Below are positions 1-7,955 of a stretch of DNA of 19,278 nucleotides, piece after piece. The stretch spans positions 1 through 19,278 of the forward strand of contig JAWBON010000021.1 of assembly GCA_038826135.1 (NCBI GenBank), in the 5' to 3' direction. The notes under the pieces were generated by a model that did not search any database, was not told the DNA's origin, and saw only the letters and a list, made by a program, of their open reading frames with translations. The position numbers and the translations under genes were made by a program. The first letter of the stretch is position 1, and each line of letters starts with the position of its first letter. The stretch is from Candidatus Odinarchaeota archaeon. Its GTDB lineage: Archaea; Asgardarchaeota; Odinarchaeia; Odinarchaeales; Odinarchaeaceae.

Positions 1-2
1 TA

Positions 3-158
3 AACCAGCAGGGCGGAGACTATAATATACCCGTGTTCAACTACTTTGAGCTACTAGCATACTGCTTCGGCCATGAACCCGACGAGTTCGGCGCGTATCT
101 TCACAAACTCGACTATGAGAAAATATTTGAGAAAGCTCAATCAGGGGGTAAATCATAA
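3..158 (+). CDS. hdrB: C-terminal fragment (5'-truncated by the window edge) of a heterodisulfide reductase subunit B-like CCG-family protein
   Basis: Not in the ORF track. My translation of frame 3 is NQQGGDYNIPVFNYFELLAYCFGHEPDEFGAYLHKLDYEKIFEKAQSGGKS*, which resembles the HdrB C-terminal pattern (Y/F)xIPVxxYxQLLxxAxGxxPxExGxxxH. Its stop TAA (156-158) overlaps the next ATG (TAATG). Only 51 aa are visible and the CCG motifs lie outside the window. Confidence 0.62.
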   Translation, partial: NQQGGDYNIPVFNYFELLAYCFGHEPDEFGAYLHKLDYEKIFEKAQSGGKS

Positions 159-457
159 TGGTTAAATTATCTGAAAGACTTAAAAGAAGAACAATTGCTG
201 TAGCTCTTGTATTTCTAAGCCTCGGTATATTAGGATCATTTTTCTCAAGAACACTGGTTGAGTTCTTTCTGATGGCTGAACTGGTGGTTATAACAGCATT
301 CTACGTGTTCTTCTCAATAATAGTTCCAGGCCTTTACCCTAAGAAACGTAATAATGAGGAGATTTTCCTAGGCGGTGTAGCACGCCCCCCATACATCCAC
401 GAATACGAGTTATATGTGCCTAAATCAGCTTTAATATCTGAGGAGGAGGAAACATAG
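158..457 (+). CDS. Small membrane subunit of hydrogenase module 1, two TM helices, possibly MbhI/NuoA-N-terminus-like
   Basis: Two hydrophobic segments followed by a polar loop PKKRNNEEIFLGG, reminiscent of the post-TM loop of MbhI/NuoA (xIF(I/L)SGE / YxCG). Coupled to the genes on both sides. Confidence 0.55.
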   Translation: MVKLSERLKRRTIAVALVFLSLGILGSFFSRTLVEFFLMAELVVITAFYVFFSIIVPGLYPKKRNNEEIFLGGVARPPYIHEYELYVPKSALISEEEET

Positions 458-458
458 T

Positions 459-2024
459 ATGGTCGCAGAGATAATCCTAGCCATATGCCCGCTCATACTA
501 CCTTTATTAGCAGCGTTAGTAGGTTACTTACTCTCTTTGATAAGCGATAATGCTAGAAACGCTGGTATAATATTTGTAATTTCAACAGCTTTCATAATAA
601 ACTCTATATTACTTATTCAAGCGAACCTTGGGGCTTTCACAATCGTTGAACTGGGAGCTTTAATAATAAACGAATCAGGGATATTCGTATCCGAACTAGT
701 ATTATTCCTCTCCCTGCTGGTTATAGTCTATTCAATAAGGTATATGTCCGCTGAACGTGATAAAACATTATATTACGTGTTAATATGCATATTCACCGGG
801 ACCATGAACGGATTAATCTTCTCATTCAATATAATAATACTTTACATGTTTATAGAAGCTTCAACAGTTACCAGCGCTATACTAGTCATGTTCGGTAGAA
901 CGAGAAGAGCTAACAGAGCGGCGATAATATATTTAGCTATCAGCATTCTCGGCGGGTTCTTCATCTTAGGCGCTGAGTTCGTTCTCGTCTCAGCTTCAGG
1001 CGTTGAGCTGTTAACAGATCCAGCGATAGCCTTGGTTTCAGCGGATATAAGGCTGATAATATCTGTTTTAATGCTAGTCGGCTTCGGTGTGAAAGCCGGT
1101 ATTATACCATTCGGTTTTATATGGTTACCTAGAGCCCACGCTGAGGCTCCTTCACCTATAAGCGCGCTTCTTAGCGGTGTTCTCGTCCAAGTAGCAGCCT
1201 TCGCGATGATAAGAACAATCGGCGTGGTGGCGTTCGACATACAGGTCGTTTCACTGCTTTTAATAGTCTTCGGAGTGGGGTCGATGTTATCCGGCTCTCT
1301 ATCCGCTCTCTTCGAAGTATACGGGGTTAAACTAGCGAAATACAGGTTTAACAGAGATATAAAAAGAGTATTAGCCTACTCCACTATAAGCGAGATCGGG
1401 TTCATAATAATGTTAGGCGGTATTCAAGGCTTATTCGGCCCGTTCGCACCGCCTGTGGAGTTTTCAGCTCTCACAGCCATGCTACTCCACTTATACAATC
1501 ACGGCTTCTCTAAAGCACTGCTCTTCTTAGCTGTGGGTGTGATAATGTATTATCTTCATATAAGAGATATAGGCCAGATGGGCGGTTTATCAAAAAGTAT
1601 GCCGATCACCACAACCTCATTCCTTATAGGAGCTTTAAGCCTGGGGATGATTCCACCGTTATTCGGTTACAAGACGATATTTGAATTAGCTTTTGAAATA
1701 CCTTTACCCCTGACGGTGAACATATTTCTCATAGTATCTATAATTACGATAGGGTTGACGTTAGCATTCTATATCTCCGCCTTCACATTTATATTCATAA
1801 AACCCAGACCGAAAGGAGCACTAGGCGATATAAGCGTTGACGCCGCTAAAGTGACGCCGCCCCCAAGGGTGAAATTATATCAGCCGCTGCCTATGATTTT
1901 CCCCGTGGTCTTTATACTACTCGTGGTAATAGCTTTAGGCATACTCTTCTTAAGCGGAATATTAACCGCTTCAACTCTGAATCTTGAACATATAGCGTTC
2001 ACAGTAATAAACCCGGGATTGTGA
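459..2024 (+). CDS. Antiporter-like (MrpD/MbhH/NuoM-N family) membrane subunit of hydrogenase module 1
   Basis: About 14 hydrophobic segments; motifs FIEAST (E133), GFGVKAG (K212), WLPRAHAEAPSPISALLSG, DIKRVLAYSTISEIG, HLYNHGFSKALLFL, DIGQMGGL. SD AGGAGGAGG upstream. Confidence 0.93.
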   Translation: MVAEIILAICPLILPLLAALVGYLLSLISDNARNAGIIFVISTAFIINSILLIQANLGAFTIVELGALIINESGIFVSELVLFLSLLVIVYSIRYMSAERDKTLYYVLICIFTGTMNGLIFSFNIIILYMFIEASTVTSAILVMFGRTRRANRAAIIYLAISILGGFFILGAEFVLVSASGVELLTDPAIALVSADIRLIISVLMLVGFGVKAGIIPFGFIWLPRAHAEAPSPISALLSGVLVQVAAFAMIRTIGVVAFDIQVVSLLLIVFGVGSMLSGSLSALFEVYGVKLAKYRFNRDIKRVLAYSTISEIGFIIMLGGIQGLFGPFAPPVEFSALTAMLLHLYNHGFSKALLFLAVGVIMYYLHIRDIGQMGGLSKSMPITTTSFLIGALSLGMIPPLFGYKTIFELAFEIPLPLTVNIFLIVSIITIGLTLAFYISAFTFIFIKPRPKGALGDISVDAAKVTPPPRVKLYQPLPMIFPVVFILLVVIALGILFLSGILTASTLNLEHIAFTVINPGL

Positions 2025-3778
2025 TTACGATGTCAGATAATATAGTAAGTACTGTAAAAAGTGTTGAAAAATTTAGTATAATCGACGAGGTTAAACTCTT
2101 CCTGAAAGAGATGCTTAAAGAAAACTATATTGAAGAAACACAGATACAGGATAAAAAATATGTGATAAGAACCACACCTGAATATGTGCGATCTATAGCA
2201 GATTACATGATTAGAAGAGATGCTAGACTTGTTCATTTAACCGTATCCGATGAAGGTGTAAACGGTTTCGAGGTTCAATACCATTACGGATTCGACCACC
2301 TTGAAAAAAACACTCATTTCATTATAAAGGTAAGAGTTCCCCGTGAAAGCCCTGAAATCCCATCAATATCACCTATTACATGGCAGGCTTCATGGGCTGA
2401 AAGGGAGATGATGGATTTACTGGGGGTGAAGTTCACCGGACACCCGGATCCACGCCATCTCTTCCTACCATACGAGTGGCCTGAAGAACCTGAAAGCGAG
2501 AGAGTTGACGGATTCAGCTTATACACTAAAAGAGATAAGTCAGCTTATTATATAAGAAAGGAACTCGGCAAATGGGTCCCCCTAGCTTTAAGCCCGGCTG
2601 ACGCTAAACTCACACTTCTACCAATAGGACCTTATCACCCTATGTTTATAGAGTCCGAGTACTTCCGTGTAAGAGTTGAAGGGGATGAAATAGTCGAGGT
2701 GGATATGAAGACAGGTTTCAACCACCGTGGAGTGATGCGGCTTGCTGAGCAGAGACATTACGCTCGAATACCATTCTTAGTGGAACGTGTCTGCGGTATC
2801 TGCAGCACAACTCATGCTACAGCTTACTGTAACACTGTTGAAGCCATGCTTAAACTAGATATCCCTGACAGGGCGAAATATATTAGAACAATAATATTAG
2901 AGCTTGAAAGACTCCACAGCCATCTAATATGGTTAGGTGTAGCCGGGGATCTTATAGGTTTCAAAACACTTTTCATGTGGGCTTTAAGAGATAGAGAGCA
3001 TGTGCTCGATCTTTTCGAGAAGTTAACAGGTAACAGAGTTCATCACGACATAGTGTATCTTGGCGGTGTTAGAAAGGATATAAGTGAAGCTCACATCCCG
3101 GAAATACTTCGAAGAATAGACTTTATTGAAGAATCTGTTAAAAAATATATAGATATGGCTTACGATCACCCGGTTGTGAAAGCTAGAACTATGGATGTAG
3201 GATTACTTACACTTACAACAGCTAAAGACGCTGGGGCGGTTGGTCCAACAGCTAGAGGAAGCGACTGGAAAATAGATGCTAGAAGCTCCAACCCTTACGC
3301 TGCTTACGGCCCAGAGTACACAACCTGGGAGGTTATAACAGAACCGGGGGGAGATGTCTGGTCAAGGCTTGTAGTGAGATTAAAAGAAGCTCTTGTCAGT
3401 TGCGATATAATAAGACAGTCAGTTGAGAGAATGAAGAAAACAAGCCCGGATATTAGAGTGAAGCCTCCGCTTCCAGAGGATGGGGTTGAAGCTGCTAATA
3501 AAACAGAGGCTCCGAGAGGGGAATTATACTATTATATAAAGTCGAATGGGACAAGTATCCCTCACACGGTGAGGATAAGAACTCCAAGCTATAGAAATGA
3601 TGCGGTGCTACCGTTCATGTTAAGAGGGCAAACACTATCCGACGCCCCTATAATTATAGGCAGCATAGACCCATGCTTCTCATGCACTGATAGAATGATT
3701 AGAATAGAGGATACTAAAACAAACCAGGTCAGGTTTGAGAGAATAGGCGATATAGCTAGAAAATACAGGAGGGTTTAA
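2021..3778 (+). CDS. Group 4 [NiFe]-hydrogenase large subunit fused to a NuoC-like domain (HycE/HyfG-type); start may be ATG 2030
   Basis: NuoC motif WAEREMMDLLGVKFTGHPDPRHLFLP; GPYHP; L1 ERVCGIC (C258/C261); ELERLHSHL; EAPRGE; L2 DPCFSCTDR (C552/C555) followed by a C-terminal extension. Confidence 0.96.
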   Translation: MITMSDNIVSTVKSVEKFSIIDEVKLFLKEMLKENYIEETQIQDKKYVIRTTPEYVRSIADYMIRRDARLVHLTVSDEGVNGFEVQYHYGFDHLEKNTHFIIKVRVPRESPEIPSISPITWQASWAEREMMDLLGVKFTGHPDPRHLFLPYEWPEEPESERVDGFSLYTKRDKSAYYIRKELGKWVPLALSPADAKLTLLPIGPYHPMFIESEYFRVRVEGDEIVEVDMKTGFNHRGVMRLAEQRHYARIPFLVERVCGICSTTHATAYCNTVEAMLKLDIPDRAKYIRTIILELERLHSHLIWLGVAGDLIGFKTLFMWALRDREHVLDLFEKLTGNRVHHDIVYLGGVRKDISEAHIPEILRRIDFIEESVKKYIDMAYDHPVVKARTMDVGLLTLTTAKDAGAVGPTARGSDWKIDARSSNPYAAYGPEYTTWEVITEPGGDVWSRLVVRLKEALVSCDIIRQSVERMKKTSPDIRVKPPLPEDGVEAANKTEAPRGELYYYIKSNGTSIPHTVRIRTPSYRNDAVLPFMLRGQTLSDAPIIIGSIDPCFSCTDRMIRIEDTKTNQVRFERIGDIARKYRRV

Positions 3779-3779
3779 T

Positions 3780-4898
3780 GTGGCTGTATATTTACCGGTA
3801 TGGCAGATAATAGTTAGCTGTTTTCTACTACCTGTAGCCGCGTTTTTCTTCGGCATACTCTTCCAAAGCCTTATCAGAAAGTTTACAGCCCGCTTCCAAG
3901 GCCGCAGAGGACCCTGGTATATAGTACCTAAATCTTTAAGACCTGTAGTCGGCTCAACCCGTATCATGCAACCCTTCTGGGATATAATGAAATTAATGTA
4001 TAAGCAGACTTTAATACCCTCCACCGCTCAGAGAAAAATATTCATATCAGCCCCATTTGTAGCCTCGATCAGTCTAGTGATCGCCATCTGGTTCATTCCA
4101 GTTATAGGCATATCACCATTCGGACCTTTCGAATTCAGTCTCATAGTCACCTTATATCTTATGCTAATCGTTCCGTTAACGATTGTAGCCAGCGGGGCTG
4201 CAAGCTCCTCACCCTGGGGTGCTTTAGGAAGCTACAGGGAGGTTATACTCACATTAGCTTATGAACTACCATTCATATTCGGTATATTTTCAACAGCAAT
4301 GTTAACAGGTATACTAACCCCTGTGTACGGTACCCTACCCCAACTACCTGGAAGCCTTTCACTAACAGATATTGTAAACTTTCAAGCCCAGCATTCAATA
4401 TCCGTGCTCGGATATAAAATACCAGCCTACTTTTTAATAGTAAACCCGTTCTCAGCGATTGCTATTATAATGAGTTTAATAGGTAAGCTTAAAATAAAGC
4501 CGATGGATATACCTGACGCAGAAGTTGAGGTTATAGCAGGATCATACACAGAGTACACTGGAAAACTGTTAGGTTTCTATGAGATAGCTAAGATACTGTT
4601 ATTATTCGTAAGCTTGACATTATTCATAGACATGTATCTTGGAGGAGCTTTAGTTACAATAAACTATTTCGGCGTTCCATCATTTATATGGAGTGGAATA
4701 GTATTCGGAGTTGAAATGATAATACTAATCTTAATAGTCTCGATTATCAACGCTGCTAATGCACGTTTTAGAATAGATCAAGCTTTCACATGGTATCTTA
4801 AAATACCATTAGTTTTAAGTTTAATCGGCTTAGCCTGGCCTTATATTATGGCGTCAATAGCAGCTGCAGGGGTGAACATAGGTATAAGCATAGTTTAG
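3780..4898 (+). CDS. NuoH/HycD/MbhM/EchB-family membrane anchor subunit (module 1)
   Basis: RKFTARFQGRRGP...QPFWDIMKLMYKQ, AYELP, PMDIPDAEVEVIAGSYTEYTG, NARFRIDQ; about 8 TM segments; GTG start with AGGAGG upstream. Confidence 0.94.
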   Translation: MAVYLPVWQIIVSCFLLPVAAFFFGILFQSLIRKFTARFQGRRGPWYIVPKSLRPVVGSTRIMQPFWDIMKLMYKQTLIPSTAQRKIFISAPFVASISLVIAIWFIPVIGISPFGPFEFSLIVTLYLMLIVPLTIVASGAASSSPWGALGSYREVILTLAYELPFIFGIFSTAMLTGILTPVYGTLPQLPGSLSLTDIVNFQAQHSISVLGYKIPAYFLIVNPFSAIAIIMSLIGKLKIKPMDIPDAEVEVIAGSYTEYTGKLLGFYEIAKILLLFVSLTLFIDMYLGGALVTINYFGVPSFIWSGIVFGVEMIILILIVSIINAANARFRIDQAFTWYLKIPLVLSLIGLAWPYIMASIAAAGVNIGISIV

Positions 4899-4908
4899 GA
4901 GGCTGGTT

Positions 4909-5517
4909 ATGGTTAAAGGTAAAATAAAACTGTTAAAAGAAGCTTTGCGAAGCAGTAAAGACATCCAGACACTAGACTACCCGGGTGGGAATCCTGAGAT
5001 AGATTATTCAGAGCCGAGGTTCGGCAGCGGAGCGAAATACAGTCACGTATGCGAGGGGCTCAGAGGAGCACCTAAATATAGTGAGGATGACTGCTGCGGC
5101 TGTGCTGCATGTGAAAGCGTTTGCACCGCTAATACTATAAAAGCGGAAGATGTTAACGGGAAAAGAATATTTACAATAGACCTTGGCAGATGCGTTTTCT
5201 GCGGCAGATGCGAGGAGGAATGCCCTGAAGATGCTATAAAACTGACTACTAAATTCGAGTTAACATATACAAGCCCAGCTGTTCAAAGCCCTGAAAACAT
5301 CAGGTTTGAAAGAGATCTCATATTATGCGAGAAATGCGGTAATGTTGTAGCTCCTGTAAAACAATATGACATATACTCTGAGAAAGTTGTTAAAAATCTT
5401 GGTGAAGAATGGAGAGAGAAAAGTAAAGAGGATGTTGAAAAAGCTAGAAAACTTTGCAGAGAATGTCGTAGAAAAAATGCTTATACACTTAATTTACATA
5501 CCAGAAAATATTATTAG
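4909..5517 (+). CDS. HycF/NuoI-like 2x[4Fe-4S] subunit with a C-terminal CxxC...CxxC domain (module 1)
   Basis: TLDYP...LRGAP; CCGCAACESVCT and CVFCGRCEEECP; additional CEKC and CREC; SD AGGAGG. Confidence 0.9.
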   Translation: MVKGKIKLLKEALRSSKDIQTLDYPGGNPEIDYSEPRFGSGAKYSHVCEGLRGAPKYSEDDCCGCAACESVCTANTIKAEDVNGKRIFTIDLGRCVFCGRCEEECPEDAIKLTTKFELTYTSPAVQSPENIRFERDLILCEKCGNVVAPVKQYDIYSEKVVKNLGEEWREKSKEDVEKARKLCRECRRKNAYTLNLHTRKYY

Positions 5518-5528
5518 GAGAGTAAAAT

Positions 5529-5972
5529 ATGGGTTTGAAGCAAAAATCAAGATTGTATTCACCTTGGGTTTTCCACGCCCATTGCAGCGGCTGTAATGGT
5601 TGCGGTATTGAAATAGCAGCTGCCTTAAACCCCAGGTATGATCCTGAGAGAGTAGGGGTCACACTGCATAATAATCCCAGGCACGCGGATATAATGTTAG
5701 TTGAAGGCATAGTAGCAAAACAGCATGTACCATTCCTTAAAAGAACCTACGATCAGATGCCTACTCCGAAAGCGGTTGTAGCGATAGGCTCATGCGCGAT
5801 AACCGGTGGCGTATTTAAACCAGACGATGATAAAGGACCCTCATACACTCAAGGCGGACCTGTTGATAAAATAATACCTGTAGATGTTTACGTGCCAGGA
5901 TGTCCACCTAAACCTGAAGCTATAATAGACGGTGTTATAAAAGCAGCTATCATACTATCTAAAAGAGATTAG
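5529..5972 (+). CDS. Group 4 [NiFe]-hydrogenase small subunit (HycG/EchC/MbhJ, NuoB-like), module 1
   Basis: CSGCNGCGIE, NPRHADIMLVEG, VAIGSCAITGG, VDVYVPGCPPKPEAI. Confidence 0.95.
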   Translation: MGLKQKSRLYSPWVFHAHCSGCNGCGIEIAAALNPRYDPERVGVTLHNNPRHADIMLVEGIVAKQHVPFLKRTYDQMPTPKAVVAIGSCAITGGVFKPDDDKGPSYTQGGPVDKIIPVDVYVPGCPPKPEAIIDGVIKAAIILSKRD

Positions 5973-6036
5973 GAGCAGGCCAAATACTTCAATGATTCAC
6001 ATAATAGTACTAAATAAATATTAGCGGAAAAAGTTT

Positions 6037-6053
6037 GAAAACTATTTAATATA
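6037..6053 (+). promoter_or_regulatory. Putative BRE/TATA promoter for the kinase-OYE pair
   Basis: gaaaac followed by tttaatata about 40-50 nt before the start, in an AT-rich intergenic region; pattern match only. Confidence 0.3.
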
Positions 6054-6093
6054 CTAGAAATTGATAAAATTTTTATACAACAAAAAAGGATAA

Positions 6094-6777
6094 GTGTACT
6101 TCATGATAAGCTTATTTGAGATATTAGTGACGATTATATTATTTCTATGGGTTGCATTCGTGGTAACAGTTTTAACTAAAAAACTATATAAGGTTCTAAC
6201 TGCTCGAGGTTTTGAGCACACGATAGCGGTTTACTATAATCGTAAAGTAATACATATGCTAGCTGGTGGTGTATCCGCTATAGTTGTACCTTTCGTTTTC
6301 GCAACCCCTATTCTACCCCTGGTTTTCGCAGCTTTATTAGCTGTATTCATATATATACCCCACAGGACAGGTAAGCTGATGAACTGGTTCCAAGTGTGTG
6401 AGAACTGTTATGAAGTGTCATTCGCGATAATGTGGGGTGCTGTAATAACAATAGGCTGGTACTTCTCGGGAGGTAACTTCTGGTTTGGAGTTTTACCAGC
6501 GTTATTTATGGCGTTCGGAGACGCTATAACAGGCGTGGTTAGAAACGCCATATATAAGAGAAGAACAAAATCCTGGTATGGGAATCTGGCCATGGCATCG
6601 GTGACAATACCAACCGGTGTGATACTTGGACCCATGGGAGTTATTAGCGGATTTATAGCTAGTATAATAGAGCATTTCGAGTTCAAGTTTATAGATGACA
6701 ATATCACAGTTCCAGCTGTCACGCTGATACTCCTTCTTACAGTAAACTATTTCTTCCCCGGCTTCCTCTCATTCTAA
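6094..6777 (+). CDS. Dolichol/phytol-kinase-like membrane protein (CTP-dependent cytidylyltransferase family); start may be ATG 6103
   Basis: Multi-TM protein with RKVIHML, AFGDAITGVVR...KRRTKSWYG and IDDNITVP, typical of the DolK/VTE5/CTP_transf_1 family. Confidence 0.78.
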   Translation: MYFMISLFEILVTIILFLWVAFVVTVLTKKLYKVLTARGFEHTIAVYYNRKVIHMLAGGVSAIVVPFVFATPILPLVFAALLAVFIYIPHRTGKLMNWFQVCENCYEVSFAIMWGAVITIGWYFSGGNFWFGVLPALFMAFGDAITGVVRNAIYKRRTKSWYGNLAMASVTIPTGVILGPMGVISGFIASIIEHFEFKFIDDNITVPAVTLILLLTVNYFFPGFLSF

Positions 6778-6798
6778 ACAGTAACAGGAGACTAGCGT

Positions 6799-7914
6799 GT
6801 GTTAAATGACGCGTTTAAGCCATTCACATTAGGGTCTTTGAAATTAGATAACCGGTTTGTGATGGCCCCTGTCTGGATGGGTATGGCTGACGAGAAAGGG
6901 GGTGTGACAGATCATCTGGTTGAACACTACAGGGAGATCGCCGCATCCGGTATAGGTTTAATTATAACAGAGTATGCGTTTATAAAATCCGGGCACCAGA
7001 TACTGCCACGAATGCTGGGAATAGGAGAAGACAGCCAGATAGAGGGGTTGAAGAGAATAGTTAAAGCAGTCCATAAAGAAGGCGCTAAGATATTTATACA
7101 GTTAGCGGATTGCGGTTTCAACTCAGATCCAAAGTATAATCCTGAAGGTTTAATCTACGGACCATCTATAATAGATTTAAAAGGGTACAGTGAAGCTGAA
7201 TCGATGGGTGTTTTAACCAATGAAAATAAACATGTGATAAGAGCTTTAAGCCTAGAGCAGATAAGAGAGAAAGCGAAATTCTTCGGGGAAGCAGCGGCTA
7301 GAGCTTTTAAAGCGGGGTTCGACGGAGTGGAGCTTCACGCCGCCCACTCATATTTGATCTCACAATTCTTATCAGACTTATATAATAAGAGATGTGACGA
7401 GTACGGTGGCAGCCTGGAAAATAAGATGAGGTTTCTGGTGGAAGTTTACAGTGAAGTTAGAAAAATTTTAGGATCTAAACCTATATCGGTGAGGCTTAAC
7501 GGAGAGGATGGGGTTGCAGGCGGAATTACAATAGATGAAACTGTTCAGGTTGCTAAGAGACTTGAAAAACTTGGATGTGAATTATTATCTGTAAGCGGTG
7601 GAACACCTGAGAAAACAGGGATATTGAAAGAGGAGGAGGAAGCGTATTTCTCCTGTTTTTCTAAGAAGATTAAGAAAAATGTGAAAACACCTATTCTTTT
7701 AACAGGCGGTATTAGAACACCTAAAATAATAGATAAATTACTAAAAGAGAAAGCCTGTGATCTAATAGGTTTAGCCAGACCCCTGATAGCTGAACCCGGG
7801 CTGTTACTGAGATGGAGAAGCGGGGATTTAAGAAAAGCGAAGTGTATCTCCTGTAATAAATGCTTTTACGAAGAGGGTCTTAGCAAATATGTTAACTGCC
7901 CTGTTTTTAAATAA
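6799..7914 (+). CDS. NADH:flavin oxidoreductase (Old Yellow Enzyme family) with a C-terminal Fe-S motif
   Basis: NRFVMAP, GIGLIITE, AGFDGVELHAAHSYLISQFLS, NKRCDEYGGSLENKMRF, GLARPLIAEP, CISCNKC. Confidence 0.94.
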   Translation: MLNDAFKPFTLGSLKLDNRFVMAPVWMGMADEKGGVTDHLVEHYREIAASGIGLIITEYAFIKSGHQILPRMLGIGEDSQIEGLKRIVKAVHKEGAKIFIQLADCGFNSDPKYNPEGLIYGPSIIDLKGYSEAESMGVLTNENKHVIRALSLEQIREKAKFFGEAAARAFKAGFDGVELHAAHSYLISQFLSDLYNKRCDEYGGSLENKMRFLVEVYSEVRKILGSKPISVRLNGEDGVAGGITIDETVQVAKRLEKLGCELLSVSGGTPEKTGILKEEEEAYFSCFSKKIKKNVKTPILLTGGIRTPKIIDKLLKEKACDLIGLARPLIAEPGLLLRWRSGDLRKAKCISCNKCFYEEGLSKYVNCPVFK

Positions 7915-7955
7915 ATATTTAAAAATTTTAAGATAACAGCACAGATTTTATCCTA

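Noticed and set aside
441-457. Acidic EEEET tail (GAGGAGGAGGAA) as a repeat or functional motif
   Set aside because: Explained by the overlapping Shine-Dalgarno sequence of the next gene.
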